64,000 nt of DNA. Source: Vulcanimicrobiota bacterium (GTDB taxonomy: Bacteria > Vulcanimicrobiota > Vulcanimicrobiia > Vulcanimicrobiales > Vulcanimicrobiaceae). Position 1 is the stretch's first letter. Each line of letters opens with the position of its first letter. Under the pieces are notes generated by a model, which worked only from the letters and a program-made list of their open reading frames with translations, was not told the DNA's origin and made no database searches. The DNA is taken from contig CAWGBN010000008.1 of assembly GCA_963820825.1 (NCBI GenBank), forward strand, positions 32,001 to 96,000, read 5' to 3'. Made by a program: the position numbers and the translations under genes. Positions 8,431-19,235 of the stretch are shown here, piece after piece.

Positions 8431-8925
8431 GCCCCGGAATCTAGTCCAATGGGAATTGTGGGTTTCCGGCCAAGATGGCCTGCAAAGGAGACCCGCATGC
8501 GCAAGCGACGCTACACCGAAGCGCAGATCGTCGCGATCCTTCAAGAGCTCGACGCCGGCCGATCCGCAGCTGAGCTCGCTCGCAAACACGGCGTTCACGT
8601 CAACACGCTGCGACTGTGGCGAAGCAAATACGCCGGGCTCGACATCAGCGATCTCACCCGTCTGAAAGAGCTCGAATCCGAAAACTCGCAGATGGAGCGC
8701 ATTGTCGCGCGTCAAGCCCTCGAGATCCGCGCGATGTCCGAGGTGATTCGAAAAAACGGGTGGGGCCCTCAGCGCGCAAGGAAGCGGTGAGGGCGTTAGA
8801 GGACGAGGGGATGAGCCAGCGGCAAGCGTGCCGCCTCGCGACCTGCCCCCGACCGACCGTACGATACAAACCACGCAAACGCCCCGGCGACGAGCACGTC
8901 CGCGATCGGTTGCGTTGCATGGCGT
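8423..8925 (+). mobile_element. IS3-family element fragment (left end, orfA, start of orfB)
   Basis: IRL-like ggggctgagccccggaatctagtcca, HTH orfA, AAAAAAC slippery site at 8751-8757, orfB start in the -1 frame (MSQRQACRL) with no DDE domain. Confidence 0.85.
8497..8790 (+). CDS. IS3-family transposase OrfA
   Basis: MRKRRYTEAQIVAIL...ELARKHGV...WRSKYAG...RLKELESEN, AAGGAG RBS. Confidence 0.9.
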   Translation: MRKRRYTEAQIVAILQELDAGRSAAELARKHGVHVNTLRLWRSKYAGLDISDLTRLKELESENSQMERIVARQALEIRAMSEVIRKNGWGPQRARKR

Positions 8926-9123
8926 TTAACGAAAGTGGAGATCCCTTGATTTGGATAGACGAATAGTCCTTAAACCTGCGTGCCGCATGAACCAGACCGC
9001 GGTGCGTCATTTGGTGCCTATCGGGAGTCGAATCAGTTAAATGTGCGTTCAAGTGGTCTAAGCTGGTGCGATAATATAGTAGGTTTATTTGTCCGTTCAC
9101 TCAGCGAAAGGAAATCGTGATCT

Positions 9124-10137
9124 GTGCAGGCTGTTGTAACCTTGGAAGCCCGTTATATATTTGTCGACATAGTCGGTTATACGTTAAAGCGCAGTATCGA
9201 AGCTCAAGTTGATTTAATAAAGGCTCTAAATGAAATCATCATTCAGGCCTTTGAGCGAGAGGGAGTCCCACGAGAGCGCTTGATGTTTTTTCCGGTCGGT
9301 GACGGCGTGTGTTCAGCCATTCTAGGAAACGCGCCGGATCGAGCTGCTGACGATTATGATGCTCACGTCCGAGTAGCTTTGCGAATGCTGGAATTGTTGC
9401 ATGAATACAACGCGCGCACGGAAGACGCGATGCGACGTTTCTCTATTCGAGTTGGGCTAAATGATAACATAGATAATGCCGTAACTGATATTAACGGAAA
9501 CGATAATCTTGCAGGCTCGGGAATTAACGGGGCACAAAGAGTAATGAGCGCGGCCGAGGCGAGTCAGCTATTTGTAAGCAGAGCCGTTTATGATAGATTG
9601 CGTGACCGCGAGTTCTATATGAATGCATTTCGAGAGGTATCAAGCTACACGAAACACGGGGAACGGCTCACTGTTTACCAAGTCATTCTTAACGATCGCC
9701 CTGGGCTTGATGTATCGCTTCCGAGGTCTCTGCAGGCTGCGGCTGAGCCTAGGCTGCCGCGCCTCTTAGGGTACTACATGCGCGCCGCTTTACAGCACCA
9801 GGAAGAGTTGCTCGGGATGCCTGAACTTCCGGGAAACTCGTTGTGGGAAGACGCGGCGCGCATCATGTATTATATGATGGCATTAGATGAGGAGGCGCAA
9901 GAACGTAAAGGTCCATACGATCCACCAACGTTGATGCTTAGTCCTCGGGGCGACGTGACGTTTAGAGAGCGCCTAGCGTACTATCACTCGCAGGATGTGT
10001 GGATCATTCATCTGCTTGCGCGCAAGATTGAGGCGCTGACGACGTTTACGAACTGCTTTGACGGACCGCGCTTTGTATACGTGAATGAGTGTGGTAGGGA
10101 GAAGCTTCGTATGGATCACCCGGACCTAGCTCCATAG
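9124..10137 (+). CDS. Class III nucleotide (adenylate/guanylate-type) cyclase domain protein with an unknown C-terminal domain
   Basis: FVDIVGYT, GDG, RVGLN and GINGAQRV (N-x3-R) catalytic motifs; AT-richer than the flanks. Confidence 0.85.
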   Translation: MQAVVTLEARYIFVDIVGYTLKRSIEAQVDLIKALNEIIIQAFEREGVPRERLMFFPVGDGVCSAILGNAPDRAADDYDAHVRVALRMLELLHEYNARTEDAMRRFSIRVGLNDNIDNAVTDINGNDNLAGSGINGAQRVMSAAEASQLFVSRAVYDRLRDREFYMNAFREVSSYTKHGERLTVYQVILNDRPGLDVSLPRSLQAAAEPRLPRLLGYYMRAALQHQEELLGMPELPGNSLWEDAARIMYYMMALDEEAQERKGPYDPPTLMLSPRGDVTFRERLAYYHSQDVWIIHLLARKIEALTTFTNCFDGPRFVYVNECGREKLRMDHPDLAP

Positions 10138-10160
10138 CCGCGAGCAGCACAACCCGCCCA

Positions 10161-10185
10161 CGCCCGCGAGGCCGCATCGCGCTAG
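10161..10185 (+). repeat. 25-bp direct repeat, copy 2
   Basis: 23/25 identity with 1032-1056. Confidence 0.7.
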
Positions 10186-10362
10186 GCGCTTAGCGTAGCC
10201 TCGCCGCTGCGCAGCACGGCGCCGATCGCGTGCGCAATTGCGCCTCGCAGTGCCTCGCAGTCTCGCAGCTTAGGTTATCGATACTTGGCGCTTAGATCGC
10301 GCCGCAGCTTAGCCGGCCCAGCGCAGGGGGCCTCGTTTTGAAGTGGTCTAACTCCTATCCCG

Positions 10363-13023
10363 CTATGCTGCCGTGCCGTGGCACTTCTTGTATTTTTTTC
10401 CGCTGCCGCAGGGGCACATTTCGTTGCGGCCGACCTTCGGCTGTTCACGCTGCATCGGTTTGGTGGGTGACTCGTCGTCTTTGTTCGTGTGGAACTGTTG
10501 GACGCGCCGGCCGGCGCCGGGCATTGGGCCGAGGAGCTGTTCGACTTGTTGCGCCGGTAATGCGTTGCCGGCGGCAACCGGTTGCGGCACAAGTTCGCCC
10601 GAGGGAATCGGCTCGAACTGCGGCGGGGGCGGGCCACCCGGCGAGTACGGCGTGAGCTGTTGCGGCGGCGGACCGTGCTCGATGACGACGCGAAAGACGC
10701 CTTTGATCGCTTCGTCGGCGATGTTGTTCTTCAGCGACTCGAAGATCTCGAAGGCTTCCTTCTCATACTCGACGCGCGGGTCTTTTTGACCGTAGCCGCG
10801 CAGGCCGATGCCGGTCTTCAAGTGATCCATTACGTAGAGATGGTCGACCCACTGGCGATCGATGATCGGCAGCAAGAGATAGCGCTGCTCGACCACGCGC
10901 AAGATCTCCGGCGTTACTTCCTTCTCCTTGGCTTCGTATGCTTCGCGCGCTTTCTGCTGCAGCACGCGGCGAATCTCTTCGCGGTCCTTGCCGGTTAGTT
11001 CGTCGACGAAGAGGCTGCGCTTCGCGGGAAAGACCAGATCGAGCGCGTTGAGCATCTCGGGGAGGTCCCACTCCTGCGGATGGACGTTCTCGGGCGCGTT
11101 CTCCTCGAGCGCTTCGTTGACTTTTGCCTCGAGCGTCTGCGTCATGAACGTCCGCGAATCGAACGTTCCTTCGAGAATCGCACGGCGGTCGGCGTAGATG
11201 ATCGTGCGCTGTTTGTTCATCACGTCGTCGTATTCGAGCACGTGCTTGCGAATCTCGTAGTTGTGATTCTCGACCTTGCCCTGCGCGCGCTGAATCGACT
11301 TAGTCACCAAGCCCGATTCGATCGGCTGCTCGTCGGTAAAGCCGACGCGCTCCATGATGTTCGTCATCCGGTCGCCGCCGAAGAGGCGCATTACCTCGTC
11401 TTCAAGCGAAACATAGAAGCGCGACGAGCCGGGGTCGCCTTGGCGCCCCGAGCGTCCGCGTAGCTGGTTGTCGATCCGCCGCGACTCGTGGCGTTCGGTG
11501 CCGATAATGTGCAGGCCGCCGTTCTTCGCGACGCCTTCGCCGAGCTTGATGTCGGTGCCGCGCCCGGCCATGTTGGTGGCGATCGTCACCTGGGCTTCTT
11601 GGCCCGCGTCCTTGATGATCTCGGCTTCTTGTTCGTGATACTTCGCGTTGAGCACGTTGCACTCGACGCCCTTGCGCCGCAGCATCGTCGCGAGCAGCTC
11701 GCTCTTCTCGATCGAACGCGTGCCGACGAGCACCGGCCGGCCCTTTTTGTGCTCGTCGATGATCTCGTCGACCACCGCATCGAACTTCGCCTTCTCGCTC
11801 TTGTAGACGATGTCGGAGTTGTCTTTGCGGACCATCGGCATGTTCGTCGGTACGACGACGACGTCGAGGCCGTAGATGTCGCGGAACTCTCGCTCCTCGG
11901 TCTTCGCCGTACCGGTCATGCCGGCGAGATGATCGTAGAGCCGGAAGAGATTCTGAAAGGTAATCGTCGCCAGCGTCTGGTCCTCACCGCGGACCTTGAT
12001 ACCTTCCTTCGCTTCAATTGCCTGGTGGATGCCGTCGGAGTAGCGCCGACCGTACATCAGGCGCCCGGTGAACTCATCGACGATGATCACCTCGCCATCC
12101 TTGACGATATACTGCTGGTCGCGATGGAAGAGGTTCCAGGCCTTGAGCGCCGCGTTGAGCTGATGCGTCAGCTCGATGTTGCGCTGCTCGTAAAGATTCT
12201 GGATGCCGAGCATCTTCTCGACGTGGGCGACGCCGGTTTCGGTGATTGGAACCGCGTGCGCCTTCTCGTCGACGGTGTAATCCTCGCCCTTCTTTAGCCG
12301 CGGCAGAATCTGCGCGAACTTGTCGTAGAGCTCGCCCGACTCTTGCGAGGGTCCGCTGATGATCAGCGGCGTGCGCGCCTCGTCGACCAGAATCGAGTCG
12401 ACTTCGTCGACGAGCGCGAAGTAGAGCTCGCGTTGGACGAGGTCTTCGACTTGCCAGGCCATGTTGTCGCGCAGATAGTCGAAGCCCACCTCGTTGTTCG
12501 TAACGTAGGTCACGTCGGCGTTGTAGGCGTCGCGGCGCTGCGCCGAATCGAGTCCGTGCTGAATGATGCCGACCTTCAAACCGAGGAACTCATAGATCGG
12601 GCCCATCCACTCGGCGTCGCGGCGGGCGAGGTAATCGTTCACCGTAACGACGTGAACGCCGCGTCTTTCGAGCGCGCGCGCGTAAACGGGAAGCGTCGCG
12701 ACGAGGGTCTTGCCTTCGCCGGTCTTCATCTCGGCGATGCGCCCCTCGTAAAGCACTTGACCGCCCATGATCTGGACGTCGAAATGACGCATCCCGACGG
12801 TGCGCACGCCGGCTTCGCGGACGACCGCAAAGACCTCGGGCAGCATATCGTCGAGCGCCTCGCCCTGCTCGAGCCGGCCGCGAAACTCGGCGGTCTTCGC
12901 TTGCAGCTCGGCGTCGGAGAGCGCCTTGATCGATGCTTCGAATTCGTTGACGGCCCGCGCAGTGCGCCGCAGACGTGCGACTTCCCGCTCGTTACCGTCG
13001 ATGATGCTTTTAATGAACGACAT
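10363..13023 (-). CDS. secA: Preprotein translocase subunit SecA
   Basis: [40 protein letters not shown]-terminal SEC-C motif [13 protein letters not shown]. Confidence 0.99.
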   Translation of the reverse strand: MSFIKSIIDGNEREVARLRRTARAVNEFEASIKALSDAELQAKTAEFRGRLEQGEALDDMLPEVFAVVREAGVRTVGMRHFDVQIMGGQVLYEGRIAEMKTGEGKTLVATLPVYARALERRGVHVVTVNDYLARRDAEWMGPIYEFLGLKVGIIQHGLDSAQRRDAYNADVTYVTNNEVGFDYLRDNMAWQVEDLVQRELYFALVDEVDSILVDEARTPLIISGPSQESGELYDKFAQILPRLKKGEDYTVDEKAHAVPITETGVAHVEKMLGIQNLYEQRNIELTHQLNAALKAWNLFHRDQQYIVKDGEVIIVDEFTGRLMYGRRYSDGIHQAIEAKEGIKVRGEDQTLATITFQNLFRLYDHLAGMTGTAKTEEREFRDIYGLDVVVVPTNMPMVRKDNSDIVYKSEKAKFDAVVDEIIDEHKKGRPVLVGTRSIEKSELLATMLRRKGVECNVLNAKYHEQEAEIIKDAGQEAQVTIATNMAGRGTDIKLGEGVAKNGGLHIIGTERHESRRIDNQLRGRSGRQGDPGSSRFYVSLEDEVMRLFGGDRMTNIMERVGFTDEQPIESGLVTKSIQRAQGKVENHNYEIRKHVLEYDDVMNKQRTIIYADRRAILEGTFDSRTFMTQTLEAKVNEALEENAPENVHPQEWDLPEMLNALDLVFPAKRSLFVDELTGKDREEIRRVLQQKAREAYEAKEKEVTPEILRVVEQRYLLLPIIDRQWVDHLYVMDHLKTGIGLRGYGQKDPRVEYEKEAFEIFESLKNNIADEAIKGVFRVVIEHGPPPQQLTPYSPGGPPPPQFEPIPSGELVPQPVAAGNALPAQQVEQLLGPMPGAGRRVQQFHTNKDDESPTKPMQREQPKVGRNEMCPCGSGKKYKKCHGTAA

Positions 13024-13029
13024 GGACCC

Positions 13030-14235
13030 TTACGGCACGAGGCCGATTCCCGTTACCGCTCCTGGAGACGTGTAGAACGACGTCGGAGGCTGGTTGCCGC
13101 TTACCGTCGTCGCGTAGACGAGGATCACGCCGCCGCCACCCGCGGTGGAGTCGGCAACGTAGATAATCCCGTTGGCGTTGACCTTGATGTCGGTCGGCGC
13201 GTTGAGCATCGTCTTGCATCCGCGGATCGTGCGAATCGGCTTGGTGAATGGAATCTTCTTATTATACGGCGGGAAGACGAGTATCGCGGGGCCGCTGGTC
13301 GAGCCGCAGCTCGCCTTCGAGCGTCCCTGATCTACGATGTAAATGTACCCCAGCGTGTCGACCGCGACGCTGAATGGCGAGACGACGCCGTTCTTGGCCG
13401 TAATCGCAAAGCGGGGATAGATGTTAATCGGCGTCGGCGTCGGCGACGGCGTCGGCGAGGGACTCGGCGATCCGCTTGGCGTGGCCGATGGGGTCGGCGT
13501 CGGCGAGGGCGTTGCGGTTGGCTTCGGCGTCGGCGACGGCGTCGGCAGAAGGAACTGTTCGACCGTCGCGCCGGCGATGTTCGCAACGTAGATGTGGCCC
13601 TGCTTGTCGACGCTCACGCCGCCGGGTACCTTCAGATCCGTCTTCGGTCCGGCGATCGACTGAAACGACGTCGTGCTGCCCGAGGCAAAGAGCAGGATTT
13701 GGTTGGGATAGACGGCGGTCGGGATATTATCCGCGACCACCATGATCCGCGGAACCGGAGTCGACGAACTCGAGGGACGCGGTGAGGGTCCTTTCGGGGT
13801 GAAGGCGATACCGCGCGGGCGCCCCGATATGGCCGCCGAGGTCAGCGGTATGACGTTACCGGTGGCCAGCGCTTCATACTCGATGAGCAACGCCCGACCG
13901 GTGCTCGGGTTGTAGTTGGTCACCCAGAGGTTCTGCACCCGATCGAAGGCGAGGTACTGCGGACCGTCGAGGCCGGTATTCGAGCCGCCGATATTATAGG
14001 AAGGCCCGCCGCTCTTGACGTTCGAGTAGATGCTGATCGCGTTCTGGTTACTATTGGTCGCATAGAGCGTCTTCGACGGGAAGTTCGGCCCGACGTCGAC
14101 CCCCGACGTTTGTCCGAGGCTGCTGCAGGCAACGATCGCGCTGGTCATGACCAGCGCGAGGAAGATAACGCTGCCCTTGCGCCTCGCGCAGGCGCTCAGG
14201 AATTCTCTCACCCTCAAGCTATCAAACAATGGCAC
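13030..14235 (-). CDS. NHL-type beta-propeller lipoprotein with an internal Pro/Thr/Ser linker (start uncertain)
   Basis: IVAC lipobox-like motif, P-x-x-(L/V)A(F/V)D-xx-G-xIYV repeats, (PT/PS)n tract. Confidence 0.7.
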   Translation of the reverse strand: MPLFDSLRVREFLSACARRKGSVIFLALVMTSAIVACSSLGQTSGVDVGPNFPSKTLYATNSNQNAISIYSNVKSGGPSYNIGGSNTGLDGPQYLAFDRVQNLWVTNYNPSTGRALLIEYEALATGNVIPLTSAAISGRPRGIAFTPKGPSPRPSSSSTPVPRIMVVADNIPTAVYPNQILLFASGSTTSFQSIAGPKTDLKVPGGVSVDKQGHIYVANIAGATVEQFLLPTPSPTPKPTATPSPTPTPSATPSGSPSPSPTPSPTPTPINIYPRFAITAKNGVVSPFSVAVDTLGYIYIVDQGRSKASCGSTSGPAILVFPPYNKKIPFTKPIRTIRGCKTMLNAPTDIKVNANGIIYVADSTAGGGGVILVYATTVSGNQPPTSFYTSPGAVTGIGLVP

Positions 14236-14408
14236 TGCGAAGCGGTTCCCCCAGTCGCCCGAGTTTCCTGGCCGACCGCACGGTGAGCAAGGAACCAGAT
14301 GGCGGCTGCGATCAGCAGGAAGATTACCACCGAGACCACGATCCGCCGCGTGCGGCGGCGCTCGTAGGCAGGGCGGCTCGACTCGGTATCGATGATCTGA
14401 CGCGGCAT
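14214..14408 (-). CDS. Small single-pass membrane protein
   Basis: 64 aa with a basic patch followed by a hydrophobic helix; fills the gap in a co-directional operon. Confidence 0.55.
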   Translation of the reverse strand: MPRQIIDTESSRPAYERRRTRRIVVSVVIFLLIAAAIWFLAHRAVGQETRATGGTASQCHCLIA

Positions 14409-14422
14409 ATTCTAAGGAACCT

Positions 14423-15244
14423 CTAAACCGCCCGGCGCAGCGGATGGTTGAGCTCGCCGGTCTGTACGAGCTTGAGCAGTTCGCCGACGGTGACGAACCG
14501 GTACCCGGCGGCTCGGAAACGCGCCACCACGTGGGGCAGGGCCTCGATCGTCGCCAGCTTCCCGCTATGCAGCAGCACGATCTCCGGCGCCGTCGCGTGC
14601 TCGAGCAGGTGATTCTCGAGCTGCGGAACGGTGACCGTTCTCCAATCGCCGCTGTCGTCGGTCCACAGCACCACGGAGTAACCGAGACTCTGCGCTACCT
14701 CCAGCGTGCGCTCCGTGTAGCGTCCGTGCGGCGGCCGCATGAGCGTGTGCACCGCGGGATCGTGGGTCAGTGGCCAGAGCGCTTCGGCGCCTTCGAGAAT
14801 CTCCCGGCGCACTGCGGCGTTCGTCTCTTCGTCGAGGTTCGGATGCGTGTAGGTGTGATCGGCAATCTCATTGCCGTCGCGTTCGATGCGCTGCGTGAGC
14901 TCGGGCCACTCCTGCGCGTCCTTCCCGATCAAGAAGAACGTCGCCGGCACTTGGAGATCGTGCAGCATGTCGAGCAGCATCGGCGTGAAGACCGGATAGG
15001 GACCGTCATCGAAGGTGAGCGCGATCAGCCGCGGCCGGTTCGAACGGTCTCCGGTTGAGAACTCGTGCGTCAGCCGATAGATCCGGGGAGCCGGTGCGCC
15101 GGAGAATTCCAAATGTACGTTTGTCTGCGGCGTAACGATCGCCGGCGTGAGATTGCTCTGACGCTCGAATTCGTGCCAGCCCCCGTAGATCGCACCGGCG
15201 AGCACGATCGCAACCACGAGCTTCACGTTACGATTTCTTTGCAA
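14423..15244 (-). CDS. Polysaccharide deacetylase (NodB/CE4)
   Basis: [18 protein letters not shown] and LLH motifs; N-terminal anchor. Confidence 0.93.
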   Translation of the reverse strand: MQRNRNVKLVVAIVLAGAIYGGWHEFERQSNLTPAIVTPQTNVHLEFSGAPAPRIYRLTHEFSTGDRSNRPRLIALTFDDGPYPVFTPMLLDMLHDLQVPATFFLIGKDAQEWPELTQRIERDGNEIADHTYTHPNLDEETNAAVRREILEGAEALWPLTHDPAVHTLMRPPHGRYTERTLEVAQSLGYSVVLWTDDSGDWRTVTVPQLENHLLEHATAPEIVLLHSGKLATIEALPHVVARFRAAGYRFVTVGELLKLVQTGELNHPLRRAV

Positions 15245-16563
15245 AATCGCTGCCGACGATGACCGTCACGTCGCTGGCCGGCGTTGCGGTTGCAACCGGT
15301 GAGGCACTCGAGGCCGTATCCGGCACGACGGTCACGTCGTGCAATCCCGCCGGCAGGGCCTCGCGGACGCGCGCACCCGCGAACGTTACGTTCGAGTGCT
15401 CGTGGATCTCGGTTGCGGTGTAGTCGGAACGCTCCGCATCGCCGACTTGCCCGATCGTGAATCCCGCATGGGCGAGCCGATCCGCGAGCCGGCGCGCAGC
15501 CCCCGTCACGCCGCTGCCGTTCTCAACGTCGACGCGCAGCGTCGATGGCGGGATCGCCGCGAGCGCCAAAGCGTCGGGCGATGAAAGTTGCGTGGGCTGC
15601 GGCGTCAGCATCGTCGCCACGAGATGCGCGCGCGCGCCGGTATCGGGTACGAGCGAGTCGCCGTAGCCGGGAAGATCGATATCGCCGGTGTAGGGGACTT
15701 GGTTGCTCACGATCGCGGCGGGGGTGATTCCTTGAAAGAACGTGGCCAGCGAGAGCAGCTCCGAATCGGAAAAGTCGGTCTGCACGTTCCGGCGGAATAC
15801 TGCCAGCAGGTCGCCCAGATGCAGGAGCGTGTTGATCCGGTCGCCTTTGAGCTTGTCGGCGAGCGCGCGCAGCACTTGCTGCTGGCGCTTGATCCGGCAT
15901 GGATCGCTGCACCAGTCGTGGCGAAAACGCATGTACGCGACGGCCTCCTCTCCGCTGAGATGCTGCATGCCTTCCTTCAGATGGATGTGCAGGTGCCCCC
16001 AGGTGTCGTCGTAATCGAGCTCGCCGCCCTTGCAGCCGGTCTTGAAATTGCAGGCAATCCGAGGTCTTGACGTCGACGTTCACGCCGCCGATTGCAGCGA
16101 TGAACTCCTTGGTTGCGTCGATGCGCAGGATGACGTACTTGTCGAAACCGGGAATTCCGAGAAACTCGGCGATGACGTTCTTTGCCTCCGCCACGCCGCC
16201 GTCGGCTTGAGCCTGATTGATCTTCGCTTGCGCGCCGTTGGGCATCGTTGCGATCATGTCGCGCGGAATCGAGAGTTGGTAGATCCGCTTGTTCGCAAAG
16301 TCGAGATTGACCGCCCAGATCACGTCGCTGCGCGAGTTCTTCGAATACTCTTCGTCGCTGGCGGTATAGTCGTAATCGAGTCCCTCGACAAGCACGAGCA
16401 AGTTCGCTTTACCGAAGACCTGCTGCGGCGTCGGGACGAATACTTGGGCGATCTGGCCGATCGCGCTCACGGGATTGCGCCGCTCGATAATCGCGTAGCC
16501 CGCAGCCGCCGCCGCGACGCCGAGCACGATGACCGCGGCGACCAGCGCGATGCGCTTACTCAT
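15228..16563 (-). CDS. LCP (LytR-CpsA-Psr) family protein with LytR_C domain; one frameshift near 16045
   Basis: RSD, LSIPRD, KIN, RFRHD..SD..RIKRQQ and VENGSGVTGAA motifs split over two frames. Confidence 0.85.
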
Positions 16564-17933
16564 ACGATGCAAGGCTCCAGCGAAACGGCTCGGCCGAAGA
16601 AATCGAATGGCCCATGGCCGTCGAGCCGCACGTCAGAAAACTCGCCCACGCGCGCTACACCGGTGAAGTACACGCCCCCATCGACCCCCGGCGCTTCCCC
16701 TTCGGAACGTCCGAACCATGCCCGCGTTGCGCCTAGGGCACGGCGCAGCGGGTCGCGCTCGCCGAGCCGTCGCGATTCCTCAACGAGGACGCGCACCGTG
16801 TGGCCGCAACGGCGGGCGCGCGCCGTCTCCGAGGCTACGCGCTGCGCTTCGCGCAGGCGAATCAGCCGCTCGCGCCGGCGGCGCACGCTTACGCGCTCCG
16901 GGAGTTCGGCGGCGGGCGTGCCCTCCTCGGCGCTGTATTCGAAGAAACCGACCCGATCGAGCTGCGCGCGACCGATCCAATCCTCCAAATATGCGACATG
17001 CTCGTCTCGCTCGCCCGGAAATCCGACGATGAAGGTCGAGCGCATCGTGATGCCGGGAACGCGCGAGCGGAACTCGTCGATGATTTCGAGATAGCGCTCG
17101 CCGTTGCCGGGGCGGCGCATCGCGCGCAAGACTTCGGGGTGCGCGTGCTGCAGGGGCATGTCCATGTACTTGCAGACTTTCGGAAGCCGCGCGATCGTTT
17201 CGACGAGTTCCCGGTCGACCGTCGCGGGATATAGGTAGAGCAGCCGAATCCATTCGAGCTCCTCGACCTCATGCAGCTGCTCGAGCAACTGCGCGAGACC
17301 GCCGCGCCGTATGCCCCGGTCGCGTCCCCACATCGACGTATCCTGCGCGATCAGAATCAGCTCTTTGGCGCCGCCGGCGACAAGCGCGCGCGCTTCGGCG
17401 AGAATCGATTCGCTGCCGCGGCTGCGAAACGGCCCGCGCAGCGCCGGAATGATGCAGAACGTGCACGGATGATCGCAGCCTTCGGCTACTTTGAGATAGG
17501 CCGTCGCCCGCGGCGTGGTAACGAGCCGCGGCAAGAAGTCGTGCTCCGGCTCCGCTTCAAAATCGAGGCGTACCGGCCGGCGTCCGGCCTCGACCTCGTC
17601 GAGCAGCTCGGCGATTCCGGCGTACGCACCGGTTCCGACGATGCCGTCGATCTCCGGCACGAGGCTCTGGAGCTGCTCGCCGTATCGCTGCGCCAAGCAG
17701 CCGGCGACGACGAGCTGCTGGCCGCGCCGCTTCTGCGCGGCGTGCTCGAGGATGACGTGCGTCGACTCTTCTTTAGCGGGATCGATGAACGCGCACGTGT
17801 TGATCACGACGGTGTCGGCGCTGGCCGCATCGCTCTCGAGCCGCCAACCGGCGGCGCCGAGCTTGGCGATCATCACTTCGGTATCGACCAGATTCTTCGC
17901 GCAGCCGAGGCTGACGAACGCGACGCTTCGCAC
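16560..17933 (-). CDS. rimO: Ribosomal protein S12 methylthiotransferase
   Basis: SLGCAKNLVD, NTCAFI, EGCDHPCTFC radical SAM motif, TRAM domain. Confidence 0.96.
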   Translation of the reverse strand: MRSVAFVSLGCAKNLVDTEVMIAKLGAAGWRLESDAASADTVVINTCAFIDPAKEESTHVILEHAAQKRRGQQLVVAGCLAQRYGEQLQSLVPEIDGIVGTGAYAGIAELLDEVEAGRRPVRLDFEAEPEHDFLPRLVTTPRATAYLKVAEGCDHPCTFCIIPALRGPFRSRGSESILAEARALVAGGAKELILIAQDTSMWGRDRGIRRGGLAQLLEQLHEVEELEWIRLLYLYPATVDRELVETIARLPKVCKYMDMPLQHAHPEVLRAMRRPGNGERYLEIIDEFRSRVPGITMRSTFIVGFPGERDEHVAYLEDWIGRAQLDRVGFFEYSAEEGTPAAELPERVSVRRRRERLIRLREAQRVASETARARRCGHTVRVLVEESRRLGERDPLRRALGATRAWFGRSEGEAPGVDGGVYFTGVARVGEFSDVRLDGHGPFDFFGRAVSLEPCIV

Positions 17934-17943
17934 GATTCCTTCG

Positions 17944-18435
17944 CTAACGATAGTTGACGAACTGCAGCGGCAGTTCGAACTCCATCGAGCGCAGCGCGTT
18001 GATGACCTTCTGCAAGTCGTCCTTGTTCTTGCCGGAGACGCGGAGTTGCTCGTCTTGATACTGCGCGGTGACCTTGAGCTTGAGCTCCTTGATGCGCGCC
18101 TGCAAGGCTTTGCTCTGATCTTTGCCGATGCCACTGCGAAGCGTGATGACCTGCCGCACGGTGCTGCCGGCGGCCGGCTCGACCTCGCCGAACTGGAAGG
18201 CCTTGATGTCGATCCCGCGCCGCACGGCTTTGCTCTGCAGGATGTCGACGACGTTGCGCATCTTGAGCTCGTCGTCGGAGATCAGCGTGATCTTCTTCCC
18301 GTCGGACTCGATGTTCGTCTTACTATGTTTGAAATCGAAACGGTTCTCGATCTCTTTGCGCGCCTGATTGAGCGCATTGTCGAGTTCTTGCTGATCGACG
18401 CGCGAAACGACGTCGAACGAGGATTCGCTCGCCAC
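17944..18435 (-). CDS. yajQ: YajQ family nucleotide/c-di-GMP-binding protein
   Basis: SFDVVS..D.QE.DNA, RFDFK, C-terminal PLQFVNYR. Confidence 0.96.
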   Translation of the reverse strand: MASESSFDVVSRVDQQELDNALNQARKEIENRFDFKHSKTNIESDGKKITLISDDELKMRNVVDILQSKAVRRGIDIKAFQFGEVEPAAGSTVRQVITLRSGIGKDQSKALQARIKELKLKVTAQYQDEQLRVSGKNKDDLQKVINALRSMEFELPLQFVNYR

Positions 18436-18456
18436 TAGACTCTTACCGTGCTCCTC

Positions 18457-19185
18457 TCAAAGGGTGAAGGCGTGCTCGACGACGTCGCCTGCCTTACCGA
18501 GCTTTCCGACGTCTTTGCCGTCGACGTAGATCTCCACCCCGCCGGCATTGCCGATGCGCACCAACGCGTTCTTTCCGTGAAACGTCTTCGACGTTCCGGC
18601 CGGGAACGTACCCTCCATGCTAACATTGCCGTCAACGGTGACCCTGAGCCACGACGGTGCCGAGAGTACCAGGGCAAGAGACCTCGGGCCGCCCGGCCCG
18701 ACCGGGGTCGGCGTCGGTGCAGCCGGAGACGGGGTCGCGCTCGCCGAGGCCGCGCTCGGGGGCGACGAGGCGGCGCTCGCGGTGACCGCCGGGCGGCGCA
18801 TCGTCAGCTCGTTGTAGACGACGAACGCGATCAGGAGCACTGCAACGACCGCCGCGACCCAAATTAGCACCGGACCGCGCCGGCCGCCTTCCTCGGCGCG
18901 CGAGGCATCGTCGCGGGCCGGAAGCGCCTGCGCCGAACCGGCGGGCTGCGTCCGATTGAATGCCGCGACCGCCTCTTCGGGATCGAGCCCGACGAAGCGT
19001 GCATACGTACGAATGAAGCCGCGGATATAGACCGGCGCGCCGACCGTGCTCCAATTCTCTTCCTCGATGGCCGCCAGATAGACCGACCGAATCCGAATCT
19101 GCTCCGCCACGTCCGATATGGCGAGCCCGCGGGCCTCGCGGGCGGCGCGAAACCGCTCACCCAACGCATCAGAGGCTCCCGGCAT
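18457..19185 (-). CDS. rodZ: RodZ-like protein (HTH, TM helix, DUF4115)
   Basis: YLAAIEE...VYIRGFIRTYA HTH, a TM helix, GNAGGV C-terminal domain. Confidence 0.85.
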   Translation of the reverse strand: MPGASDALGERFRAAREARGLAISDVAEQIRIRSVYLAAIEEENWSTVGAPVYIRGFIRTYARFVGLDPEEAVAAFNRTQPAGSAQALPARDDASRAEEGGRRGPVLIWVAAVVAVLLIAFVVYNELTMRRPAVTASAASSPPSAASASATPSPAAPTPTPVGPGGPRSLALVLSAPSWLRVTVDGNVSMEGTFPAGTSKTFHGKNALVRIGNAGGVEIYVDGKDVGKLGKAGDVVEHAFTL

Positions 19186-19235
19186 TTGGACTTTGAGTTA
19201 GCCCCGCCCTAGTGTTATCCTGTTCTTTAAGTCCG

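Noticed and set aside
9051..9062. aagtggtctaag resembling a tRNA D-loop
   Set aside because: No cloverleaf, T-loop or acceptor stem in the flanks.
9065..9090. dif-like sequence ggtgcgataatatagtaggtttattt
   Set aside because: The left arm is one base short and the XerD arm TTATGTTAAAT is poorly matched. It is more simply the AT-rich promoter region of the cyclase gene.
16040..16052. Programmed frameshift or phase variation in the LCP gene
   Set aside because: It is a single extra base in a 3-nt run with no slippery heptamer or long tract, so a sequencing error is more likely given the indel-rich zone nearby.
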